A DNA stretch of 64,000 bases from an uncultured delta proteobacterium (GCA_963787125.1 CAWBBV010000012.1:160001-224000), one strand, 5' to 3'. Shown: positions 19,462 through 30,499, counted from the stretch's first letter. A program made the numbers and translations. Notes: generated from the sequence alone by a model not told the origin.

Positions 19462-21237
19462 TTATTTTACCTGCCTTATTGCATCGAACTTGCACAACTG
19501 CTGACAAACAGTGCAACCGGTGCAGAGAAGTGGATCAATGAAAGCTTTCCCTTTTTTCCCTTCCGCGTCAGGTTGCCACTCAATAGCGGGGCAACCGATA
19601 CGTAGACAAGCTTTGCAGCCGGTACAAGCGCTCTGCTCTACTTCAAGAATAGTTGCCTTTGCAAAGCGCACATCATCCTTTATCAGACAGCATGGCCTGG
19701 TGGTAATAATGACAGACGGCTCAGGACGTGCCATTTCTTCTGAAAGAATATTTTTGGTCTCATCAAGATCATACGGATCAAGAACTCTGACGTGCTTGAT
19801 ACCGAGCGCCCGGCAAAGATCAGGTAGATTGACTTCGGGGGCTTTAATGCCCGCAAGAGTGTATCCTGAAGCGGGATTTTCCTGCCTGCCGGTCATGGCT
19901 GTTATCCTGTTGTCGAGGATAATTACGGTTGCAGGAGCCTGATTGTAGGCCATCTCCATCAGTGAGTTTACCCCGGTATGGAGAAAGGTTGAATCGCCAA
20001 TTACCGCAACAACCCGGCGTTGTTCCTCGGGCGGTAAAGCTCTGACAATGCCTGAGGCAGTGCTGATAGATGCTCCCATACAGACACAGGTATCCATGGC
20101 ATTAAGCGGCGGCATAAAACCGAGTGTGTAGCAGCCGATATCGCCGGTTACATACGCGTTAGCCTTGTTAAGCAGATAGAATACCCCGCGGTGAGGGCAA
20201 CCGGGACACATGTTGGGCGGGCGCTGCACGAGTTTTTCAGGAGGAGTTATTGCAGTTGGCAAAGAGGCAATAATCCCGGCCTTGGTAAAAGCTGCCCTGA
20301 TCCTGTCGGGTGAGAGTTCCCCGCAGATTGGAATGATCTCTTTACCTGTCACAGCGATACCCATTGCCAGGACTTGCTCCTCGATAAATGGGTCAAGTTC
20401 CTCTATTACATAAAGGCTTTTCACCGAAGCAGCAAAATCCCTGAGCATCTTCTTTGGGAGAGGATAGACCATGCCGAGCTTGAGAGTTGCTGCTTCTGGC
20501 AGAGCTTCGCGAACATACTGATAGGTGACGCCGGTACAGATTACTCCGATCTCAGTAGAGCGATTTTCAGCCCTGTTGATGTCCCAGCTGTCGCCATACG
20601 TAGAAAGATCAAGAATACGCTGCTCAACAATCGGATGTCTCACCCGTGCATTTCCCGGGAGCATGACCAGCTTGGGAGGATTTTTAACCAGTTTAGGCTC
20701 AGGGAGGCCGCTGACAGGTTCTGTCAGGGTCACAATCGATTTGCCGTGAGAGATACGTGTACAACTGCGTATCATGACCGGGGTATCGAATTTTTCGGAG
20801 AGTTCAAAAGCCAGGCGGGTAAACTCTTTACACTCCTGGGAGTCAGCCGGCTCAAGCATCGGAATCTTGGCGAATTTGGCATAATTACGACTGTCCTGCT
20901 CATTTTGTGATGAGTGCATTTCCGGATCGTCAGCAGCTATTAGAACAAGCCCGCCACCTACACCGGTATATGAGAGGGTGAAAAGCGGGTCAGCGGCAAC
21001 ATTGACGCCGACATGTTTCATGCAGGCAATTGAACGTGCTCCGCCGAAAGATGCGCCGATGGCAACCTCAAGGGCTACCTTTTCGTTTGGAGCCCACGAT
21101 GAGTTTATTGAACTGTAAGTGGAGATGTTTTCAAGTATCTCGGTAGAAGGTGTTCCGGGATAGGCAGAAGCGACTTTAACACCGCCTTCAAAGGCTCCGC
21201 GTGCGATTGCCTCATTGCCGGACAGTATTTCTCTCAT
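19462..21237 (-). CDS. iorA: Indolepyruvate:ferredoxin oxidoreductase alpha subunit
   Basis: GNEAIARG, YPGTPSTE, CPGCPHR, GDSTF, C-terminal two [4Fe-4S] motifs. Confidence 0.95.
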   Translation of the reverse strand: MREILSGNEAIARGAFEGGVKVASAYPGTPSTEILENISTYSSINSSWAPNEKVALEVAIGASFGGARSIACMKHVGVNVAADPLFTLSYTGVGGGLVLIAADDPEMHSSQNEQDSRNYAKFAKIPMLEPADSQECKEFTRLAFELSEKFDTPVMIRSCTRISHGKSIVTLTEPVSGLPEPKLVKNPPKLVMLPGNARVRHPIVEQRILDLSTYGDSWDINRAENRSTEIGVICTGVTYQYVREALPEAATLKLGMVYPLPKKMLRDFAASVKSLYVIEELDPFIEEQVLAMGIAVTGKEIIPICGELSPDRIRAAFTKAGIIASLPTAITPPEKLVQRPPNMCPGCPHRGVFYLLNKANAYVTGDIGCYTLGFMPPLNAMDTCVCMGASISTASGIVRALPPEEQRRVVAVIGDSTFLHTGVNSLMEMAYNQAPATVIILDNRITAMTGRQENPASGYTLAGIKAPEVNLPDLCRALGIKHVRVLDPYDLDETKNILSEEMARPEPSVIITTRPCCLIKDDVRFAKATILEVEQSACTGCKACLRIGCPAIEWQPDAEGKKGKAFIDPLLCTGCTVCQQLCKFDAIRQVK

Positions 21238-21365
21238 CTATTGGAGTTCCTCTGTGGGGGGTAATTTATACTGTAAATAGTATAAAGAAAAATAGGGGGA
21301 AGTCCCCCTTAGACCGCGAAAATATACCTGTTAGCTCCTTCATCTGTCAACAGCTTTCTGGTAGC

Positions 21366-22277
21366 TCAGACGTCGAGCATAATCCCTTCGAGGAGTCCGA
21401 AATCTGACACCTTCATGGCGGAAAATCCGAACATTTCGATAGTTTTCAGGGTGAGTAGGGTTCCGGCAATTATGAGGTCCTCCCGACCCGCCTCCAGCCC
21501 GGCAATTGTCTGGAGACGCTCCTTGGGCGATAAAGGTAAAAGACGGCTGAAAATATCCGCTATTACCTCTTTATCAAGGATATGGTTGTTAACTTTTGTG
21601 TAATCGTAATCAGCAAGGCCTATGCTGACTGCCGCAAGTGTTGTTGCGGTACCCGCCGTGCCAAGAAGTGTTGCCCCCTTCAGATAATCAAGAAAACCCA
21701 AAGCGTTCATTTCATCCCGTAAAAGTGCAAGCTCTCTGACAATTTTCTCTTCCATTTCAGCAACACTCACCTTCCCTTCTGTCAGTCGAACCACGCCCAG
21801 AGGGAGACTTCTGCTGAAGAGTATTTCATCAGAATTTGCCAGTGTGTATTCGGTACTGCCTCCGCCAACATCAAAGACAAACATTGTCTCTGGCATTAAA
21901 TCAAGACCGCTGATCACACCCAATAGTGTCATGCGTCCTTCAGTTTCTCCGGAAATAACATCCAATGTTATTCCTGAAGCGTCTCTGACTTCGCGGCAAA
22001 ATTCATCCTTATTGACGGCATCACGAACTGCACTCGTGGCAACGGCCTTTAAATCAGTAACTTCAAACTCTGCAAGAGTTACGGCAAACTCCTTCATGGC
22101 GGCAACAGTTCTGGTCGCAGCCTCTTTTGAAATTCCGGTCTCTTTTGAGAAGCCGCCGCCAAGTCTTGTTATGCGACGAGATATGTGCTGGCGGACAACC
22201 TTACCATCTTTAACATGGCCGACCAGAAGACGGGCAGTGTTCGTACCAAGGTCTATAGATGCGGTATAGCGACTCAT
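21366..22277 (-). CDS. ppx: Ppx/GppA family exopolyphosphatase
   Basis: IDLGTNT, ATSAVRDA, DVGGGSTE. Confidence 0.9.
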   Translation of the reverse strand: MSRYTASIDLGTNTARLLVGHVKDGKVVRQHISRRITRLGGGFSKETGISKEAATRTVAAMKEFAVTLAEFEVTDLKAVATSAVRDAVNKDEFCREVRDASGITLDVISGETEGRMTLLGVISGLDLMPETMFVFDVGGGSTEYTLANSDEILFSRSLPLGVVRLTEGKVSVAEMEEKIVRELALLRDEMNALGFLDYLKGATLLGTAGTATTLAAVSIGLADYDYTKVNNHILDKEVIADIFSRLLPLSPKERLQTIAGLEAGREDLIIAGTLLTLKTIEMFGFSAMKVSDFGLLEGIMLDV

Positions 22278-23947
22278 TAAAGCTCCTTCCAGGTATCAAT
22301 CAGATTTGCCGAGCGATCAGATATACTCACCATTGCCGTAACAATATCGTTATAGAGAAAACCGGCGTCAACCGCACACTGACCGGTTTTCATCCGCTTG
22401 ATATGACCGCTAACTGTTTCATCACGGAGATTAGCCACTTTCGATCTAACCTCAGACAGATACTCACTCAGTTGTAGTTGTGCTGCCGACGGACTTGTTA
22501 TCAGGTCAACCACCTCACCAACAGCTGCCGCAAGCCTTTTAAGTTCTGTCATAGCATTAGTTGAAAAAATGATTTTATCACCCTTTTTTTTCTGAAACCC
22601 GGCTAAAAGCTTCATATTTATATCGCCAAGATGCTCAAGCTGATTAACAATCTGCAACAACAGAGGGATTTTCATTGAATTTTCAGTGTCGATGCTCTCT
22701 CTTGAAAGCAATACCAGAAAATTGGAAAGCTCCTTGTGAAGTGAATCGACAGCATCTTCCATCTCAATGATCTTGCGCAGCGATTTGGAGTCAAATCTGT
22801 AGAGCAGGTGAATAATTTCGCTGTACATGGAGGAGACAATTGAAGCCATTCGATTGATTTCATTTGTTGCCTGCATCATGGCTATAGTCGGGGTGTTCAG
22901 GACTCTTTTATCGAGGAATCTTGGGTAAGAGGAGAAGTCTCCGGATGAGCGATCAAGCTTAACTGATCGTGACAGAAAGCCGATTAAGGGGAGAAAGGTC
23001 ATAACCATAAACAGACTGAAAACAGAATGCGCATTGGCTATAAGTCTGGGCAGGTGCTCTTTTGCAGGGATAAAGCCGGGAGAGGTCAGAATTTCCAGGG
23101 GGATCTGACCAGTAAATGGAGAAAACAGAATAACTGCTTTGATAAGCAGCGGGAAAAATAAAAGTGCCAGCAGGATTGCGGTAAAGTTGATCAGCAAATT
23201 AACAATGGCTGCTTTTCTGGCATATAGCGTGCCGCCGACTGCTGCAAAAAGAGTAATATAAGCAGTGCCAAGATTTGCTCCGGCCACTATGCCGACCGCT
23301 TCATTGAAGGTGACGATACCGCTGCCACAGAGAGCAATTACGATCCCGGTGGCGGCAGAGGGTGATTGAACGAGAAAAGTAAGGAGAGACCCAAAGATAA
23401 CGGCGCTGACCCGCCATGCAAAGACATAATCATTCAATCCCCGCAGTATTGCCGAGCCACTGACAGCAGTCAGTCCTGATTCCATAATTCTAAGGCCAAG
23501 GAAAAGAATGCCGGCGCCAAGGAGAAGATCTCCGGAATTGACCATAAAGCGTCTTTTGAAGAAAAACTTCAGCAAAATACCGATGAATATGGCTATAAGG
23601 GCAAAAGTATGGGGTTGAAAGGCAATGAGTTGTACCGCTAGAGTGGCTCCGAGAGAAGTACCCAGAAATATGGCCAATCCCTGATAAATAGAGATAAGCC
23701 CGGCATTCAGAAAGCCGACAACAAGAATTGAAGCTGAACTGGAAGATTGCAGGATAGACGCAAGGATGGTACCAAGCAGTGCCGCGGAAATACGGTTAGA
23801 CACGGCTTTCTCAAGTAGTGATCTGAAGCGATTGCCGGCAAGTCGCTGCATCCCCTCAGACATTATCCTGATGCCAAAAATGAAGAGCCCACCACCACCA
23901 AGCGCCTCAGCGACGGCCTGGAGAGATGACGAGGAAATATCTGCCAT
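22277..23947 (-). CDS. Na/Pi cotransporter family protein with PhoU domains
   Basis: QSSS repeats, GANLGT, helical C-terminus. Confidence 0.88.
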   Translation of the reverse strand: MADISSSSLQAVAEALGGGGLFIFGIRIMSEGMQRLAGNRFRSLLEKAVSNRISAALLGTILASILQSSSSASILVVGFLNAGLISIYQGLAIFLGTSLGATLAVQLIAFQPHTFALIAIFIGILLKFFFKRRFMVNSGDLLLGAGILFLGLRIMESGLTAVSGSAILRGLNDYVFAWRVSAVIFGSLLTFLVQSPSAATGIVIALCGSGIVTFNEAVGIVAGANLGTAYITLFAAVGGTLYARKAAIVNLLINFTAILLALLFFPLLIKAVILFSPFTGQIPLEILTSPGFIPAKEHLPRLIANAHSVFSLFMVMTFLPLIGFLSRSVKLDRSSGDFSSYPRFLDKRVLNTPTIAMMQATNEINRMASIVSSMYSEIIHLLYRFDSKSLRKIIEMEDAVDSLHKELSNFLVLLSRESIDTENSMKIPLLLQIVNQLEHLGDINMKLLAGFQKKKGDKIIFSTNAMTELKRLAAAVGEVVDLITSPSAAQLQLSEYLSEVRSKVANLRDETVSGHIKRMKTGQCAVDAGFLYNDIVTAMVSISDRSANLIDTWKEL

Positions 23948-23950
23948 GAA

Positions 23951-24592
23951 CTACTGTACTACCTTGTAAGGGAAGATGAAATCAGGTGGTGCAGACTTGG
24001 ACGCCCCTTTTCTGTAAACATGGATACTGAATGCGCTCAAAGTTTGAATGTCTACGTGAAAATATAAAAGTCCCTTTACCATGGCGTTGGGGATAATTGG
24101 CTCTGTCGGTAGCGCTTTTGTATATAGTTCCTGGGGCCTGAGTTCGAAATAATAAGGCAGGTTAGAGTTTGTTGAGTTTTTAAACTGCGCCTGTTCATAG
24201 TCTTCCAGATAGTAGAAGCCTACATAAGGATAAGGAAGGAGATAGTAGGTATCCTTTGCCATCATCTGGCGAATTTTTTCCGGAGTCAGTGAATAGTATT
24301 GCCTTCTGTCAGAATCAATCAGGATAAAACTATCATTGTCAAAAGATACTTCAGCTGCAGTTGAATTCTGTATCTCGACATTGAATGAAGCAACCATACC
24401 TTCAATATTGTAATTCACCATATCAGTATCTGCTGGAGCAACAGTGATAACTAAATGATCTTTGGTAATTGCCTGGCTATTATCCTTAATATTTATGATC
24501 CCGGCGGGGGTCTGCTCCGGAACAACTTTTACAGATGAACAACCGTTCAGAGTAATAATGAGCAGAAGTATCGCAATATTAAATCTTTTCAT
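23951..24592 (-). CDS. Hypothetical lipoprotein
   Basis: Lipobox LNGC; co-oriented in operon. Confidence 0.75.
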   Translation of the reverse strand: MKRFNIAILLLIITLNGCSSVKVVPEQTPAGIINIKDNSQAITKDHLVITVAPADTDMVNYNIEGMVASFNVEIQNSTAAEVSFDNDSFILIDSDRRQYYSLTPEKIRQMMAKDTYYLLPYPYVGFYYLEDYEQAQFKNSTNSNLPYYFELRPQELYTKALPTEPIIPNAMVKGLLYFHVDIQTLSAFSIHVYRKGASKSAPPDFIFPYKVVQ

Positions 24593-24675
24593 GGCATATC
24601 TCCGGTTGAAATATGTTTAAATTCTGACTTTCCTGGCCTGTTTAGCTGGGTCAGGTTAGTTACAACTATACCAGA

Positions 24676-25392
24676 TTATTGTTCACGTTCCAGACGCTTC
24701 GCTTTTTCTGCAGCACGCGCCTTGGCTCTGATAACAAGATCATTTGCCAGGTTGGCGTCTTCTGAGAGCGCCCTTCCCTGCTCCTTTTTGGAAGCAACTT
24801 CAACCGGCTCATCGTCAGGCGGCGCCGGCGAGAGAAGGCCACCTTCAATATTCGGTTGATTTACCGTTGATTCAACGGGCTTCTCAACGGTGTCAGCAGT
24901 GTCAACAGTAACAGTCGGGCTCTCAACCGGATCAGCCACCTTAGGCAGATCTTCATAAGTCACCTTGGATGAAATGAACCCTGCCCCTTGTACCTTCAAT
25001 TCGTGGGGATAAAAAAGAATCGCAACACTGTTCGGCCCCTGTCTTTTTTCTCCGCCGTATTTTGCAGCCGTAATATAGCTCTGATGACTTGCAGCCAATA
25101 AAGTCTTCAAATAGGCTTCTACGGTGCGAGCCAAAAAAACAGCCTTGGCAATATATTCTTCCTGAGTTTCCGCAGAAGGGACATCTCCTATCAGCTTGAC
25201 AGTCCCCTTTCGCTTGAGTTTCTTGATTTTTAAAGCTACAGCGGCAATATCTTTTTTTGCCTGTCGATCAAGCTTGTCCGGTTTAGATAGAGTAACTTTA
25301 CCTGAATACAGGACATCAACCGGTTCGGCGGATGCGGTCGTATAAGAAATTAATGAAGCAATAACAGCCACAATTAATGTTTTGAAAGTCAT
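24676..25392 (-). CDS. Hypothetical exported protein
   Basis: Signal peptide; overlaps ompA stop (ATGA). Confidence 0.7.
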   Translation of the reverse strand: MTFKTLIVAVIASLISYTTASAEPVDVLYSGKVTLSKPDKLDRQAKKDIAAVALKIKKLKRKGTVKLIGDVPSAETQEEYIAKAVFLARTVEAYLKTLLAASHQSYITAAKYGGEKRQGPNSVAILFYPHELKVQGAGFISSKVTYEDLPKVADPVESPTVTVDTADTVEKPVESTVNQPNIEGGLLSPAPPDDEPVEVASKKEQGRALSEDANLANDLVIRAKARAAEKAKRLEREQ

Positions 25393-26978
25393 TTGGGTTT
25401 TTCTTCCTTGTGGACAAGAAAAACAATCTCAAATCTTCTGTTCAGCTTGCGCCCTTCATCAGTACTGTTATCGGCAATTGGCACGGATTTACCCATCCCT
25501 CTGACGAAGATTCTTGAAGAGTCAATACCATCATGAGTAATAAGGTAATTTGCCACAGTAATTGCACGTCTTAAAGACAAATCCATGTTGTATTTAACAG
25601 AACCAACGGCATCAGTATGACCATCAATCCGGAGAAAAACCCATTTACTGTCTTTACGGATAAACTCAGCAAGTTCAGAGACGGATTTTTGCACCTCCGG
25701 CATTAATTCAGCATTATCAAACTCGAAAATAGTATCAGGCAGTCTGAACTTTCTATACGCCGTCAAAGCAGTGCCAGGGAGTTTTTCAATGGGTGCAATC
25801 TTCCCTTTCATACTAACTCCATAGAGAGGAGTAACACCGCTGACCCTTGTGAGAGCGAAGTCAGTTGACCCTTCTGAAGGGAGAGAAGAGACCAGCGGCG
25901 CGACGGCAGCTGGAGTTGGTTCAGCTGCAGCGAGTGCCGGTTCAGTGACTGCCGGTTGAACGGCTTTTACCATTTTTGGTAAGGTAACAGAGACTGCCGC
26001 TGATTGCGGTGGTATTACAATATTGCCGTAAGGTCTGATAAGAATTTCATCACCTTCAGCGTCTACAGGTATTTCGAGTTTGCTCACTTGCGGGGTGATG
26101 GCAGGCGTCTTAATCAGGAGCGGCGAGAGTGGGACAACCTTTGTCGGTTTAATTTCCACAGTTTTTAGTGGGTTCTTTATTTTAACTGGCGGTATCGGCT
26201 TGATATAGGCGCCAACACCCTGACAGGTAGTCAACCCGAAGATAACCCGCCAGTCCGGAGCTGCAGCGTTGAGGCCCATTCCGGTAGAGAGATTGAAAGT
26301 AAGGTGTGGTGTCAAGTAGAATTGAAACCCCAGCGCCGCTTCAATTGGAGCCGTACTGGTCAGCGCATCTGCAGCCATTAGTTCAAAGGTGACTTTAGTC
26401 CGTGTGGAAGGAATGAAGTCAACGCCAGCTCCAACCGGGTATTCTTTTCTTGATTTAAGCCCGGCATCAACATTCCTTGATTCGGCGTTTGACATGTAGC
26501 CGCCATAAAGATGGGCAGCCAGAAGATCGGTGCGAAGAGAACCGATAAGACGGCCACCAATATCATTTTTGCCGTTATATCGAGGGTTGTCATCCACATA
26601 TCTACTTAAATGCAAATCTGCTGCAAGCTTGAACTTTGAGCTGCGGTTGCCTATTACTCTGAGTTTAGTCCCTATATCAGCGGTACCTCTGCCTGAATAG
26701 GGGGTGTCATCATTTAGATAGACATTCGGATATGCCCCGTAGATCTCCCAGAATGTACCAATCCCGAGCGTTATACTAACCGGCATAATGGTATTTATGC
26801 CGACATCGCTCTTTTTGCTGCAGTTACCCCAAACGCCAAAACAGAAGTTTGAGGAGTCAAGTGTCTCTGCAGTTGGAATATTCAGAAGTCCGGATGATCC
26901 GTACTGAGTTGGGTTTGCAAACAGTGGCGTATCAAGTGCAAAGAAAAAAACGGCTATGAGCAATATGCGAAAAAACAT
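25389..26978 (-). CDS. Outer-membrane beta-barrel with OmpA-like peptidoglycan-binding domain
   Basis: GSSGLLNIPTAETL N-terminus, Pro-rich linker, GHTDAVGSVKYNMDLSLRRA...NRR. Confidence 0.88.
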   Translation of the reverse strand: MFFRILLIAVFFFALDTPLFANPTQYGSSGLLNIPTAETLDSSNFCFGVWGNCSKKSDVGINTIMPVSITLGIGTFWEIYGAYPNVYLNDDTPYSGRGTADIGTKLRVIGNRSSKFKLAADLHLSRYVDDNPRYNGKNDIGGRLIGSLRTDLLAAHLYGGYMSNAESRNVDAGLKSRKEYPVGAGVDFIPSTRTKVTFELMAADALTSTAPIEAALGFQFYLTPHLTFNLSTGMGLNAAAPDWRVIFGLTTCQGVGAYIKPIPPVKIKNPLKTVEIKPTKVVPLSPLLIKTPAITPQVSKLEIPVDAEGDEILIRPYGNIVIPPQSAAVSVTLPKMVKAVQPAVTEPALAAAEPTPAAVAPLVSSLPSEGSTDFALTRVSGVTPLYGVSMKGKIAPIEKLPGTALTAYRKFRLPDTIFEFDNAELMPEVQKSVSELAEFIRKDSKWVFLRIDGHTDAVGSVKYNMDLSLRRAITVANYLITHDGIDSSRIFVRGMGKSVPIADNSTDEGRKLNRRFEIVFLVHKEEKPK

Positions 26979-26988
26979 AGATTCCAGC

Positions 26989-27273
26989 TCAGTCCTTATT
27001 ACCGGCAACCCGCTCCTTTAACTCCTTGCCAACTTTGAAAAATGGAAGCTTTTTCGGCTTTACATCGATTGAAACACCGGTTTTAGGGTTGCGTCCGGTA
27101 TATGATTTATACTCGTTGATCACAAAACTCCCGAAACCCCTTATTTCGATGCGATCGCCTGATAACATGGCGTCAGTCATTGAATCGAAAATAGTGCTAA
27201 CGATCTCCTCAGACTTCTTAAACGATATTCCTCTTTTCAGTGACAACATCTCGATCAGTTCAGACTTGTTCAT
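26989..27273 (-). CDS. ihfB: Integration host factor beta subunit
   Basis: MNKSELIE, RIEIRGFGSF, GRNPKTG, FFKVGKELKERV. Confidence 0.9.
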   Translation of the reverse strand: MNKSELIEMLSLKRGISFKKSEEIVSTIFDSMTDAMLSGDRIEIRGFGSFVINEYKSYTGRNPKTGVSIDVKPKKLPFFKVGKELKERVAGNKD

Positions 27274-27300
27274 GTTACCTCCACTTAATGAATAATCAGG

Positions 27301-28329
27301 CTAACAACAGCCTTTAAGATAAGTTTTAAATAGATATGCCGCTTCATCATCCCTGCCCTGAGCAGCTAATATCCGTACGAGTCTTTCCGCAGAAGCTTTC
27401 TTCAAAACTGGTATCTGCAGGCCACTGGTGAGAATAGTGACAGCACTTTCGTTATCCCCCTGAAGAGTATGGACGTCGGCAAGCATCACCAGTGCCTGTT
27501 CATGGAGAATCATTTGATCCATCATTCTTTTAAGAACGGCGGCAGCCTCGTCAAGTCGGCCTGTGTCAGCATATAGCTGTGCAAGGCTCAGATTACATAC
27601 GGGATTATCTGCATTTATTTTGAGGGCTCTCTTTAGAAGTGATTCGCAGACACTCATGCGCCCGGCTCGGAACTCAAGCAGTGCAGTTTCGTAAAGAATT
27701 ATGTCATTTTCTCCAGTTGACAGCAACTGCCTAAATTTATTCAGGGCTTCATCCGGATTGTCAGAGTGGGCTAGAAGAAAAGCTGATGCAAATTCCTCTC
27801 CTAATGAAGAATATCTTTGCGGCAAGTCTCCGGGAAGGGTGTTGGCAAGCAGCAGAAACTGCTCATTGGCATGAAGATGATCAGGCCGAATCGGGTCAGG
27901 CTCAGTAGTGGGAGAGTGTGAAGAGCTGCAAGAAGCACAGTCATGTTTTGCAGAAGATTTCATATTCACGGCCGGTTCAGCTGGAAACTCTGCAAGCGAA
28001 GTCAGAAGAGTTTCGGCCTTTTCCCTGATAGATACGTCATCTGCCAGTTCCAGTGAAAGCTGGAGGTATTCAGCAGCCTTGCGGGGATTTCCGGATCTGA
28101 ACGCTGCCTCGGCTTCTGCAATGTTCATCTCACCAAGACTGTTACCGCACTTTGAGAGCATGGATTTCAGGTGAGCGAGCACCTGTTGATCTTGTAGAGA
28201 ACCAGTGATTTTATCAATAGCATCCAGATAATACTGCCTTGCCTCTGCAAAGCGCTCCTCTTTAAAAAGAGCATCACCCTTTTCTAGGAGCTGAACACAA
28301 CTTTTAGTGAAAAGTTTTTTAAAAAACAT
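27301..28329 (-). CDS. TPR-repeat protein
   Basis: TPR-like helical repeats; internal CASC and C-terminal GCC. Confidence 0.8.
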   Translation of the reverse strand: MFFKKLFTKSCVQLLEKGDALFKEERFAEARQYYLDAIDKITGSLQDQQVLAHLKSMLSKCGNSLGEMNIAEAEAAFRSGNPRKAAEYLQLSLELADDVSIREKAETLLTSLAEFPAEPAVNMKSSAKHDCASCSSSHSPTTEPDPIRPDHLHANEQFLLLANTLPGDLPQRYSSLGEEFASAFLLAHSDNPDEALNKFRQLLSTGENDIILYETALLEFRAGRMSVCESLLKRALKINADNPVCNLSLAQLYADTGRLDEAAAVLKRMMDQMILHEQALVMLADVHTLQGDNESAVTILTSGLQIPVLKKASAERLVRILAAQGRDDEAAYLFKTYLKGCC

Positions 28330-28346
28330 TTCTATTCTCCTGTTTA

Positions 28347-29651
28347 CTAAGTAGCCTTTAAAAAAGTAACACTTTCCAGGTGATATGTCTGTGGAAACAT
28401 ATCAACCGGTTGCACAGTTTCAACCTCAAATCCGGCAGTTGCTAGAATCGAGAGGTCTCTTCCGAGAGTTGGTGGATCGCAGGAAACATAAATCAGGTGG
28501 GAAGCACCCGTTGATGCGATTTTTTTCGCAACTTCATCAGCTCCGGCTCTAGGCGGATCCATAATAACAAGATCAAAAAACTCGCCAGCATTTACAAGCC
28601 TGTCAATACCTGCACCTGAGTCCATGCAGCTATAACTGGCATTCTTGATGCCGTTAACCGCAGCAGTATATTTAGCAGCTGAAACAGATTTCGCTGAAGT
28701 CTCAAAACCGTGGATTTTCCCGACTCCTGAGGCCAGGGGGAGTGAGAAATTTCCATTGCCACAAAAGAGATCAAGTACCGACGCCGGATTAACCCTGGCG
28801 CACAACTCGAGAACTGCTTCAATAATAACTCTATTCTGGGCGAAGTTTACCTGAGAGAAGCTGCCGGGAGAATAGAAGAGTTCCAGTTCTTTTCCCTCTG
28901 CTGATGGTACGCAGTATTTAAGCTTCTGCAGACCATGAATATGCCTTAAGCGTTTATTGTTACCGGTCAGCAAGCTGACAGAATGAATAGTCGGGTACCT
29001 GCTCTCTGTGGATTCCAGATAATTTGCAAACACTTCGGGACAACTGCCGCAATAGTGAAACAGGGCGCTTACCGAACCGTCGGAGGAGGAAGCAAGTTCG
29101 ACTTGAGATATTTTACCAGGTTCCGGCGCTGAATTTATAAGCTCTCTGACTGCCGTCATGGCTATATTTAGCGGCTTTGCAGCGATATCGCAGCGGTCTT
29201 CAATGTCAATCACGTGATGTGAGTTGCGTCGATGAAAGCCGAGAGAAAGTCTGCCGCCTGTAAAGGAAACCTGCAACTGAATGCGCTGGCGGTATTCAAA
29301 TGGTGCCAGTGCCGTCAAGATTGGTTTGATCTTGTTTCTGTCAATGCGAGCAGATCTCCAGAGTGTTTCAGCAAAAATCTGCTCTTTTTGTTGGCACTGC
29401 TCATAATATGAGATGTGCTGCCAGTTGCAACCACCACAGTTACTGAAAAATGGACACTTTGGTGAAACTCGACAAGGTGAAGGTGTAAGCAGGTTTTCAA
29501 GAACGGCTTCGCAGTAAGAGTTTTTATCCTTTTCAATCCGGATTTCGGCAATATCTCCGGGCGCTGTATAAGGAACGAAGCAAGCCTTACCAGCCAGTCT
29601 TCCAAAACCGGAGCCGCCATATGCAAGCGTGTCAATCTGAAGCTGTGGCAT
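28347..29651 (-). CDS. rlmD: 23S rRNA m5U1939 methyltransferase
   Basis: TRAM domain, CPFFSNCGGC, DLFCGNG, DPPRAG, YVSC, DMFPQTYHLE. Confidence 0.92.
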   Translation of the reverse strand: MPQLQIDTLAYGGSGFGRLAGKACFVPYTAPGDIAEIRIEKDKNSYCEAVLENLLTPSPCRVSPKCPFFSNCGGCNWQHISYYEQCQQKEQIFAETLWRSARIDRNKIKPILTALAPFEYRQRIQLQVSFTGGRLSLGFHRRNSHHVIDIEDRCDIAAKPLNIAMTAVRELINSAPEPGKISQVELASSSDGSVSALFHYCGSCPEVFANYLESTESRYPTIHSVSLLTGNNKRLRHIHGLQKLKYCVPSAEGKELELFYSPGSFSQVNFAQNRVIIEAVLELCARVNPASVLDLFCGNGNFSLPLASGVGKIHGFETSAKSVSAAKYTAAVNGIKNASYSCMDSGAGIDRLVNAGEFFDLVIMDPPRAGADEVAKKIASTGASHLIYVSCDPPTLGRDLSILATAGFEVETVQPVDMFPQTYHLESVTFLKAT

Positions 29652-30032
29652 CTAGGAAGTAGCCCCCAAAAAGCATCTGGCAGGAGCTTTAGCAGCAATA
29701 AGCTGCCGCTCGAGCAGTCTTTTGGGGAATTCCTGAGAGGATAGGTACGGGAAAGAATTGGTTTCAAAATCCTTGATGAGTTCTTTTTTAACACTATCGA
29801 TTTGAGAAGAAGGAACCCCCATTCTTACCAGGAAACGGCTATAGTTGATTTCAGCTATAGCGCTTGAACCAACTTCTGAAAAAATGCGCTCAGCAGCAAG
29901 AGCATCAACGGCAAAGATGATTTCCAGCTTAACCAGATAATAATCACCGAAGTATACCCTTGTGTGATCAAGGATGCTTATTGAGAGACCATTTGAGAGT
30001 TGTAGCGACTGCAAGATGTCAAGAGTGTTCAA
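29652..30032 (-). CDS. Conserved hypothetical protein
   Basis: Abuts rlmD start; YFGDY motif. Confidence 0.65.
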   Translation of the reverse strand: MNTLDILQSLQLSNGLSISILDHTRVYFGDYYLVKLEIIFAVDALAAERIFSEVGSSAIAEINYSRFLVRMGVPSSQIDSVKKELIKDFETNSFPYLSSQEFPKRLLERQLIAAKAPARCFLGATS

Positions 30033-30201
30033 GAGTCACCTTTCCTCACGTTATTATTAAGAAAATACACTGCTCCAATTTCATAAGTAAAGCATTTTAT
30101 CGTGAGTACGAATAAATCCGGCTTGCTTTTACTTTATATTGTCTGTAATGTACAAAAGGTTTAAGAGTCTAAATTCTATCAAGGGAAGTTAAGAGTAAAT
30201 T

Positions 30202-30420
30202 ATGAGTAAAGAAGAGGCAATTGAAGTAGAAGGTACAGTTATAGAGCCGCTCCCTAACGCGATGTTCAGGGTAAAACTGGAAAATGATCATGTTGTTCTT
30301 GCGCACATATCCGGCAAGATGCGTAAATACTTTATTAAAATCCTCCCTGGAGACAAGGTCACCGTAGAATTGTCACCTTACGATCTGACGCGCGGAAGAA
30401 TTACCTACCGGGTCAAATAG
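30202..30420 (+). CDS. infA: Translation initiation factor IF-1
   Basis: [11 protein letters not shown]...LAHISGKMR...[13 protein letters not shown]. Confidence 0.98.
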   Translation: MSKEEAIEVEGTVIEPLPNAMFRVKLENDHVVLAHISGKMRKYFIKILPGDKVTVELSPYDLTRGRITYRVK

Positions 30421-30499
30421 GCAGGCAAAAGCAGTTAACTATCATTCGAGATTGCGGACTGATGTCAGCAATCTTTATTTTTAGAGAAAAGGAAAGAAA

